Source: an uncultured bacterium (GTDB lineage Bacteria > Abyssobacteria > SURF-5). From it: a stretch of 28,397 nucleotides of DNA. Made by a program: the position numbers and the translations under genes. Of the stretch, positions 9,725-16,329 are shown in pieces. The stretch's first letter is position 1. Each line of letters opens with the position of its first letter. The stretch is taken from contig CAZSKP010000046.1 of assembly GCA_964607485.1 (NCBI GenBank), positions 1 to 28,397 on the forward strand. The letters are read 5' to 3'. The notes beneath the pieces were generated by a model. The model worked only from the letters and a program-made list of their open reading frames with translations, did not search any database and was not told where the DNA came from.

Positions 9725-9811
9725 GGAACCGAGGCGGCGCCCCGCCGCCCCTTGAGCCGAATGTTTCTTTGGAAAACCGCAAGTGATGATGCGTGATTGC
9801 GAGGTTCCCGA

Positions 9812-9840
9812 TTGAAAATGCTGCCTCGATAGGATAAACT
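9812..9840 (+). promoter_or_regulatory. Putative sigma70 promoter of the amidohydrolase gene
   Basis: TTGAAA (9812-9817), N17, TAAACT (9835-9840); divergent from the glycan operon promoter. Confidence 0.5.
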
Positions 9841-9886
9841 GAATCGAGCCGGTGAGTACAGTGTTCTCCCTCGCGAGGAGATACCC

Positions 9887-10765
9887 TTGAAGATAATCGA
9901 CATGCACACGCACACGCAGGACATCCTCTTTCCGAACGGCATCGCGGAGGTGCGCCCGTCGCGCGGCATCCTGCTCCGCCTGTTCGAATGGCAACGATTC
10001 AGCGTGCATCCAACGCAGGGACTCAGGCGCAAGCTGCGGAAAAGAATTGCCCGTGAGACGCAATGTCGCAACGCGCTGGCATGCGCCGAGGGCCTGACGA
10101 AGGGAATGGAACGGGCGGGGATAACTCACAGCGTGGTTCTTCCCGTCGAGCCGTACGGCAGCACCACCGAGGTACTCTCACTCGCAGAGAAGGACAAGCG
10201 CATCATTCCGTTTGCGTCCGTGGACCCGAGAGACCCTCGCCGCGTCGAAAAGCTCAAAGATTTTGTGAAGGCAGGATGTCGAGGCTTGAAGCTGCACCCG
10301 ATAATTCAGGACTTCCATCCGTCAAGCCCGGAATGTATGGAGACAGTCGAGGAGTTCAGCCAATACAAACTCCCCGTGATGTTCCATTCCGGCCTGACCG
10401 CATACTACCTGCCAGAATCCGAATCCGAGAGCTACGCCGAACCCGGTAATTACGTCAAGCTGTTCGCAGCATTCCCGGGCGTCAAATTTATCATGGGTCA
10501 TATGGGGATGTTCGAGGCCCGTTCAGTTATAGAGATCGCGCAGGTTTTCGAGAACGTCTATCTCGACACCAGCTTTCAGCCGATTCGAATGCTGAGGAGG
10601 GCGGTAGAGAAGGTGGGTGGCGACAGATTAGTCTTCGGAAGCGATTGGCCCTTCGCGGGACAGCGCTACGAACTCGCCAACATACTCGACCTGACCAAAG
10701 GCAACCCCTGGCTCAGAGAGCGAGTGCTCTACAAAAACGCCGAGGAACTGATGGGCGAGGTCTGA
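9887..10765 (+). CDS. Amidohydrolase family protein (Amidohydro_2, TIM-barrel metal-dependent hydrolase)
   Basis: IIDMHTH, GLKLHP, PVMFHSG, IMGHMG, NVYLDTS and LVFGSDWP. TTG start preceded by GAGGAG. Confidence 0.9.
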   Translation: MKIIDMHTHTQDILFPNGIAEVRPSRGILLRLFEWQRFSVHPTQGLRRKLRKRIARETQCRNALACAEGLTKGMERAGITHSVVLPVEPYGSTTEVLSLAEKDKRIIPFASVDPRDPRRVEKLKDFVKAGCRGLKLHPIIQDFHPSSPECMETVEEFSQYKLPVMFHSGLTAYYLPESESESYAEPGNYVKLFAAFPGVKFIMGHMGMFEARSVIEIAQVFENVYLDTSFQPIRMLRRAVEKVGGDRLVFGSDWPFAGQRYELANILDLTKGNPWLRERVLYKNAEELMGEV

Positions 10766-10781
10766 GCCTTTCCCACCGAGG

Positions 10782-11252
10782 TCAGCGCCGCTCGTTTTGT
10801 TCCCATTCCGGTGACCTGGCCGGCCCCTCTTCGACCGGCAGGATCATGTACGTGGCAAGGCATTTGCCCACGAGGCGGCCATTCGCATCTTTCAACGTGA
10901 CATCGCCGATGGCTGTCCGTCGCCCGCAGTGAACGATATTCCCTTCGGCGATAACCTCTCCCGAGGCGACCGGTGCAATGAAATTGATCTTCATCTCAAT
11001 GGTCGTGAAGACTTTGTCCGCACCGACCAGCCCCCAGAGCGCAACTGCGACAGCGGAATCTGCAATTGCGGCCAACGCGCCGCCGTGCATCACACCGAAC
11101 GGCTGAGTGAGCTCTTTCCGAAACGGCAGGCGGAAACGCGAACGGCCCGGCCCTATCTCGACCGCCTCCATCCCGACGAGCCTGTACATGGGAATCTGGT
11201 TGACATGATTGCGCAGCGCTTCGAAATCCACCTTGGGACGTTGCTCATTCAC
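10782..11252 (-). CDS. PaaI-family thioesterase (hotdog fold)
   Basis: QPFGVMHGGALAAIADSA, TTIEMKINFIAPV and GRRTA. Confidence 0.92.
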   Translation of the reverse strand: MNEQRPKVDFEALRNHVNQIPMYRLVGMEAVEIGPGRSRFRLPFRKELTQPFGVMHGGALAAIADSAVAVALWGLVGADKVFTTIEMKINFIAPVASGEVIAEGNIVHCGRRTAIGDVTLKDANGRLVGKCLATYMILPVEEGPARSPEWEQNERR

Positions 11253-11331
11253 CTGTTATTATCCTCCGCTTGTCATGACGCAGGCCAAGCGCTTCCGCAT
11301 GCAGCAGACGTTTCAGACGGTTTGCGCTCGC

Positions 11332-11946
11332 TCAGAATCCCAGCGAATCGTTGACGAGAATGACGGTTATCCGGCCGGGAATCATCATTCTGCGAATGAT
11401 CGTGTAAATGTTACAGATGCGCGCCGGTGAATCGCAGTCAATGCACACGCCGGTGTCGGCGCATGGGCTCTGCGCGTTCACACGCTTGGCATTGATGGGA
11501 GCGGCTATCTTTTCGAGACGGTCGAAGGCCTCGTGAATGTCCTTCACGATTTTGTTCGTGCCGGCGACGATGACGACCTTCTCGGGGCCGAACGCCTGCG
11601 CGGCCACGCGGTTGCCCAGGCCGTCAACGTTCACGAGCTGGCCGTCGGAAGTGAGGGCGTTTGTGCCGGTGACAAAATATTGGGCCGTCAGCCCCTGCTT
11701 GCGGCGTTTCATGTTTTCCGGCATGTCGATGTCGGGCGCGTACTGGTCGTAGAGCGTGTAGTTTCCCGTGCGAAGCTTCTCCAGCAGTCCCACCTGCTCG
11801 ACGGTTACCGAGCCGCCCAGCCCGACGGTCGAGCCCTCGGGTATCAGCTCGAGCGCTTTCTCGAGAGCCGCCTGCTTATTCTGAACGAAGATACATTCGA
11901 TGTTGTTCGCCTCAAGAGCCTTGATAGTTCCCTGAACGTCATCCAT
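11332..11946 (-). CDS. LUD-domain (lactate utilization-like, DUF1121-type) protein with Cys-rich C-terminus
   Basis: VGLGGSVT, TGTNALTSDGQLVNVDGLGNRVAA..FGP, AGTNKIV and PC..TG.C.DC....RIC. Start at ATG 11946. Confidence 0.88.
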   Translation of the reverse strand: MDDVQGTIKALEANNIECIFVQNKQAALEKALELIPEGSTVGLGGSVTVEQVGLLEKLRTGNYTLYDQYAPDIDMPENMKRRKQGLTAQYFVTGTNALTSDGQLVNVDGLGNRVAAQAFGPEKVVIVAGTNKIVKDIHEAFDRLEKIAAPINAKRVNAQSPCADTGVCIDCDSPARICNIYTIIRRMMIPGRITVILVNDSLGF

Positions 11947-11991
11947 GAAAATCCACCGCCTTTCCGTCAACGAAAACAAAACACGCGAATA

Positions 11992-12020
11992 AATATACAT
12001 CAGGGTCGCCAGACCGTCAA
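11992..12020 (-). promoter_or_regulatory. Putative sigma70 promoter of the LUD gene
   Basis: Minus strand reads TTGACG (12020-12015), N17, TATATT (11997-11992). Confidence 0.6.
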
Positions 12021-12174
12021 GCTTAATTTGCTGCAACCGGCTTGCTCATAGGAAATATCTCGCACAGACTTTTCCGAGGGATTGCGATTTGCTTCGTGGA
12101 TGCGGATGATGTAATCTCTGAATGTCTGGCGTGGCAACATCGACAGTCACGAAGAATACTGGAACACTGGGATT

Positions 12175-13212
12175 ATGATAGAAATAGATGGTTCATATCT
12201 CGAAGGCGGAGGGGCGATTCTGCGGGTGGCGTCGGCGCTGTCGGCGGTCACGGGCAAGCCGCTCAGAGTTCACAGCATCAGGGCGAAGAGGAAGAATCCG
12301 GGCCTGAGAGCGCAGCACCTGGAGAGTTTGAAGGCCGTGGCTTCGCTGTGTTCCGGACGGCTTGTCAATGCGGCGCTCGGCTCGACGGAAATCGAGCTGC
12401 ATCCCGGAACAATCGCGTCGAAAAGACTCTCTGTCGAGATTTCGACGGCGGGTGCAGTGGGGCTGCTCTTCCAATCGCTGAGCGTCCCGATGCTCATGGC
12501 GGACGATGAAGTGTCGCTGGACATCAGGGGCGGAGCGACGTTTGCGAAATGGGCGCCGCCTTTGGTGTACGCCAAGAACATTCTGCTCCCGATACTGAGC
12601 CGCATGGGCTGCGCGGCCGACATAGAAATTAGAAGGCACGGCTTCTATCCGGTCGGTGGCTCGAGGGTCGAAATAAGAGCCCGGCCCAGCAAGAATCTCA
12701 AGCCCCTTAACCTGACCGAAGCTGGCGACGTGGAGAAGGTGCAGGGCATATCTATAGCCAGCGAACATCTTCAGAAGCCACGTGTGGCGGACAGACAGGC
12801 CGAGGCCGCGAAGAAGGTCTTGAAGAACAGGGGTGTGGAGGCCGACATAGAAATACAGTATGTTGATGCCGCCTGCGCCGGGTCGGGCATCGTGTTGTGG
12901 GCTCGGACTTCCACGGGCGCCGTCCTCGGGGCAGATTCGCTGGGAGAAAGGGGCAAGCCCTCGGAAAAGGTCGGCGAAGAGGCGGCAGACGAGATGCTGA
13001 GGACAATTGAATCCGGAGCCGCAGTCGATGAACACCTCTCCGACCAACTGCTTATCTTTTTGGCCCTGTGCCGAGGAGAATCCGCGATAACCACCCCCAG
13101 GCTCACCGACCACGCCAGGACAAACATCTCTGTGATTCGTAAATTCCTGCCCGTCAAGTTCCGGATAGGCGAGGAAGGCGTCACCCGGATAGAATGCTCC
13201 GGCCTGAAATAG
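12175..13212 (+). CDS. rtcA: RNA 3'-terminal phosphate cyclase
   Basis: IDGSYLEGGGAILR, IRAKRKNPGLRAQHL, RHGFYPVGG and VDEHLSDQL (adenylated catalytic His). Confidence 0.95.
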   Translation: MIEIDGSYLEGGGAILRVASALSAVTGKPLRVHSIRAKRKNPGLRAQHLESLKAVASLCSGRLVNAALGSTEIELHPGTIASKRLSVEISTAGAVGLLFQSLSVPMLMADDEVSLDIRGGATFAKWAPPLVYAKNILLPILSRMGCAADIEIRRHGFYPVGGSRVEIRARPSKNLKPLNLTEAGDVEKVQGISIASEHLQKPRVADRQAEAAKKVLKNRGVEADIEIQYVDAACAGSGIVLWARTSTGAVLGADSLGERGKPSEKVGEEAADEMLRTIESGAAVDEHLSDQLLIFLALCRGESAITTPRLTDHARTNISVIRKFLPVKFRIGEEGVTRIECSGLK

Positions 13213-13401
13213 TTCATGGAGGGCGATTAGCGAACCGCCACTATAATCGCAGGCTTAAGTCCCTAGCACCGCGACCCGGGATGATGCATAGTTTTCTGAT
13301 GGTAAAGGAGTCAGAAGCTCGCCAAAAGTCGATTACTGGCTGAGCCTGCGTTCGGCTTCGCCACATAACAGACGTCACGAATGACAACGAGGAGGCGCAA
13401 A

Positions 13402-14016
13402 ATGAAAGTTCTGATTGTGTACTACTCGATGTACGGCCATGTGCTTCAACTTGCGAAAGCAGTCGAGGAAGGCGCGCGTTCTTTCAAAGGCGTCGAGGTC
13501 ATCCTCCGCCGCGTCCAGGAATTCGATGCCGTTGACAAGATTATCGACGGAAACGAGGCGGCCAGCAAGGTCAAAGCTCAACAGAAAGATATCCCCGTCT
13601 GCACGGTCGATGACCTCGGGGAGGCCGACGGAGTCATCTTTGGCACGCCGACACGTTATGGCAACATGACGGCGCAGATGAAGCAGCTCATCGATTCCAC
13701 CGCCGGCCTGTGGGTCCAGGGAAAGATGGAGGGGAAACCGGCGGGCATCTTCACCTCGACCGGATCGACGCACGGCGGACAGGAAACGACGCCGTTCACG
13801 ATGATGGCGCCGCTCCTGCACCTGGGGATGATTATCGTCGGAGTGCCGTACTCGGTGGCGGGTATGCTTCACACCGAGGGACGCGGGGGCACACCGTACG
13901 GCGCATCGACGATTGCAGGACCAAAGGGAGAATTGAAACCCACGAAGGAAGACTTGGAGATCGCCCGAGCACTCGGCCGCCGTGTGGCCGAGGTGACCAA
14001 GAAGCTTCGCGGCTGA
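13402..14016 (+). CDS. wrbA: NAD(P)H:quinone oxidoreductase, type IV (flavodoxin-like)
   Basis: YYSMYGH, FGTPTRYGNMTAQMK, STGSTHGGQETT and GGTPYGAS. RBS GAGGAGG before ATG 13402. Confidence 0.96.
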   Translation: MKVLIVYYSMYGHVLQLAKAVEEGARSFKGVEVILRRVQEFDAVDKIIDGNEAASKVKAQQKDIPVCTVDDLGEADGVIFGTPTRYGNMTAQMKQLIDSTAGLWVQGKMEGKPAGIFTSTGSTHGGQETTPFTMMAPLLHLGMIIVGVPYSVAGMLHTEGRGGTPYGASTIAGPKGELKPTKEDLEIARALGRRVAEVTKKLRG

Positions 14017-14054
14017 CTTCTTGCGCGAGTTGCTACTCAGATCAACTTATCGTC

Positions 14055-14152
14055 GTCATTCTGAGCAAAGCGAAGAATCTCAGAGCTTGAGGCAAATCCG
14101 GCCAAACACGAGATCCTTCACTTGGGCCTTGCGGCCCTTCGTTCAGGATGAC
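14055..14152. repeat. REP/MITE-like imperfect palindrome (GTCATTCTGAGC...GTTCAGGATGAC type)
   Basis: Left arm GTCATTCTGAGCAAAGCGAAGAATCT (14055-14080) is an imperfect inverted repeat of AGATCCTTCACTT...TTCGTTCAGGATGAC (14111-14152). Internal hairpin GGGCC-TTGC-GGCCC (14124-14137). Lies between convergent genes. Confidence 0.75.
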
Positions 14153-14203
14153 AGGAAGGTGAAGTCTTTCACGCTTCTCTTAGCAACCTGCCCGACTGCA
14201 CTC

Positions 14204-14737
14204 CTACTCCTCCGGTTTGAATGACTGCATGAGGTTGAGCAGTTCGTCGGGCGGGATGGTGTCCTCGCCCGCCATGTACCGCCTGGAAAGAAGATAGTAG
14301 GAAACCGCGTTCTGCTCGATGAACTCCGGACGGCCTTTTCCCTCGATGATTCGACCCGGCACGCCGACCACAAGCGAGTTGGGTGGCACGACGGCATTCT
14401 CCTTCACCAGTGCGTTGGCCGCTATCATTGTGCCGTCGCCTATCTGGGCTCCGTCGAGCACGGTTGCGCCCATCCCTATCATGACGCGATTGCCGATTGT
14501 GCATGCATGCATAATTGTAGAGTGCGCGGCGGTGACGAAGTCGCCGATGGTGGTCGGATGCGAGGGCGAGCAGTGAATCGTCGCGTGGTCCTGAATGTTC
14601 GTGTAGCGGCCTATGGCAATGTAATTGAAGTCGGCACGGATGACGGCATTCGCCCACACGCTGCTGTTCTTCCCGATCTTCAGGTTTCCGTGCAGCACGG
14701 CGGACGGATGAACAAAAACCGAGGGGTCAATCTTCAT
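14204..14737 (-). CDS. Gamma carbonic anhydrase family protein (YrdA/PaaY-like, left-handed beta helix)
   Basis: Hexapeptide repeats; VIRAD, NIQDHATIH, VTAAHSTIMHACTIG (three metal-binding His) and IGMGATVLDGA. Confidence 0.93.
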   Translation of the reverse strand: MKIDPSVFVHPSAVLHGNLKIGKNSSVWANAVIRADFNYIAIGRYTNIQDHATIHCSPSHPTTIGDFVTAAHSTIMHACTIGNRVMIGMGATVLDGAQIGDGTMIAANALVKENAVVPPNSLVVGVPGRIIEGKGRPEFIEQNAVSYYLLSRRYMAGEDTIPPDELLNLMQSFKPEE

Positions 14738-14777
14738 GTAACGCGGCTCCTTTCCCGCTGAATAGCTATCCTCTGCC

Positions 14778-15941
14778 TCATTTATCCACCTCGAACAAGC
14801 GGCGCTCGGTATTCGACAGCATCTCGATTCCGGCGGAATTCACTACGACCGAATCCTCTATCTTGATCGTGCCGAAACGGGGAATTATTGTGTTGATCTC
14901 CACTGCAAGCGTCATGCCTTCGCTGATGACAGTCGGGTCGTCCGGCCCGATGATGGGCGGCTCGTCAAGTTCCAATCCGAGCCCGTGGCCCACGAATTTG
15001 CCCTTCTCCTCATGTCCCATGAAATATCTTCCATACTCCGTTTTCGCGGCGGCCTGCACGCCCTTCCGATAAACATCGGCCACGGGCACTCCCGGCCGGA
15101 TGCTTTCCAGTATCTCATCTTCCACCCTGCAAAGCGACTCGAAAATCGAAAGTTGCTCCCGCGACGCCGTCCCGATAACATACGGTCTTGTGACATCGGT
15201 TATGTAGCCGTGATAGCAGCCTGTGATATCAATCATCACGAGGTCGCCGCGTCTCATAATCCTGTCCGACGTGCTTATCCTCATTGCCGGACTGAGCCCG
15301 ATTCCAGTGGCCACGTTGGCGAAGCCCGCGAACCGAGTGATGTTTTCGCCCGAACCAATCATGCCATACATAGTATATGCATCGAAGCGCCTGTTGACCA
15401 GGATGCCCTCGTGCTTGTTCCGGCGCAGCTCTGCCTCGATTTCGGCAGCCATCTCGACCTCGGAGATTCCCTCACGAATCACGTCGAGCGCCCGACGGTG
15501 GGCCTTGTCCGTCATCGAGGAGGAAATGCGAACGAGTTCGAGCTCATCGGCATCTTTGACCATACGTTGAGAAATTATGAGCGAGGTGACGTTCACGAAC
15601 GCCGCATCGGGAAGCGCTTCTTGAATCTTGAAGAACAATTCCGCCGGTATGACATCGAGCTCAAGCCCGATTCTTGAGCGCCCCAGTTTTTCCGATCTTA
15701 TTTGCTCGGCGACCGTCTGAAGATTGCCTTCCGGGACGACGTCCGGCAGAGTCGAATCCTGCCGGGCGAAGTCGAGCGCCCGGCGAACGTACAGGCGAGC
15801 CGTCTGCTGGGTTACGAGGAGGATGCTCGGCACGGACACTCCGGCATAATAGAGAATGTCGCGGGAGTAGAGCAGGATGGCGGCGTCAATCGATTGTTCC
15901 GCCATGCCGGCGCGGAATGCGGCAATGCGTTTTTCGGACAT
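14778..15941 (-). CDS. M24 family metallopeptidase (Xaa-Pro peptidase-like)
   Basis: Creatinase-like N-domain (DILYYAG), RMVKDADE; metal ligands in MIDITG, YITDVTR, GHGLGLELDEPP, LAVE and IED. Confidence 0.9.
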   Translation of the reverse strand: MSEKRIAAFRAGMAEQSIDAAILLYSRDILYYAGVSVPSILLVTQQTARLYVRRALDFARQDSTLPDVVPEGNLQTVAEQIRSEKLGRSRIGLELDVIPAELFFKIQEALPDAAFVNVTSLIISQRMVKDADELELVRISSSMTDKAHRRALDVIREGISEVEMAAEIEAELRRNKHEGILVNRRFDAYTMYGMIGSGENITRFAGFANVATGIGLSPAMRISTSDRIMRRGDLVMIDITGCYHGYITDVTRPYVIGTASREQLSIFESLCRVEDEILESIRPGVPVADVYRKGVQAAAKTEYGRYFMGHEEKGKFVGHGLGLELDEPPIIGPDDPTVISEGMTLAVEINTIIPRFGTIKIEDSVVVNSAGIEMLSNTERRLFEVDK

Positions 15942-15958
15942 CGAACGTCTTGGGGTTT

Positions 15959-16243
15959 CTACTTCTTCCTTTTCAGGTCCAGATCCTCAATGGTGTCCGT
16001 CAGGAAGGTGCGCACCTTTGCGGCCGCCGCCATCATTGCGTACACCAACGTCTCCCGAATCTCGTCGTCGGTAGCTCCTTCTTTCTTTGCACCTGCAAAG
16101 TGGTCTTTTGTTCAATGGCCGCATCCGGCGGCGGCGGCGGCGGCGAGAAGAACGAGTTCACGGGTCTTGCCGTCGAGCGAGCCTTCGACATACTCGAACC
16201 TCATGAAGGCCGCCCTCTTCTTGGAATCTGCGCCTTCTTTCAT
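15959..16243 (-). CDS. AhpD/carboxymuconolactone-decarboxylase (CMD)-like redox protein with in-frame UGA, predicted selenoprotein (CxxU)
   Basis: Not in ORF track. RBS AAGGAGG, then ATG at 16243: MKEGADSKKRAAFMRFEYVEGSLDGKTRELVLLAAAAAAGCGH-[TGA, 16114-16112]-TKDHFAGAKKEGATDDEIRETLVYAMMAAAAKVRTFLTDTIEDLDLKRKK-TAG. The CMD signature (GxLDxKTRELxxLA...CxxC...H...A...GATxxEI.E) spans the TGA. Confidence 0.88.
16085..16114 (-). promoter_or_regulatory. Putative bacterial SECIS element
   Basis: Minus strand reads TGA-ACAAAAGACCA (11 nt)-CTTTGC-AGGT-GCAAAG: a perfect 6-bp stem with a G-containing loop. Confidence 0.78.
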
Positions 16244-16261
16244 ATTCGCCCCTCCTTAAAG

Positions 16262-16292
16262 AAAAAGCGGCGCCTCTCATCGTTCAGGCGCC
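16262..16292 (-). terminator. Possible weak intrinsic terminator between the kinase gene and the CMD gene
   Basis: Minus strand reads GGCGCCT-N10-AGGCGCC followed by GCTTTTTC. Confidence 0.4.
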
Positions 16293-16329
16293 CTTTCCCC
16301 GGGTCTATCTTCTCGGTCGGTCCGATTGC

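Noticed and set aside
13355-13375. attC-like ACATAAC motif near wrbA
   Set aside because: No matching GTTRRRY partner forming an attC site, and no integrase or cassette array.
16128-16145. (GCC)6 trinucleotide run
   Set aside because: Encodes a poly-Ala helix in the CMD protein; in frame, with no sign of phase variation.
15959-16243. Interpreting the CMD gene as a nonsense pseudogene
   Set aside because: The stop is specifically TGA at the second Cys position of CxxC, is followed by a SECIS-like hairpin, and there are no other lesions.
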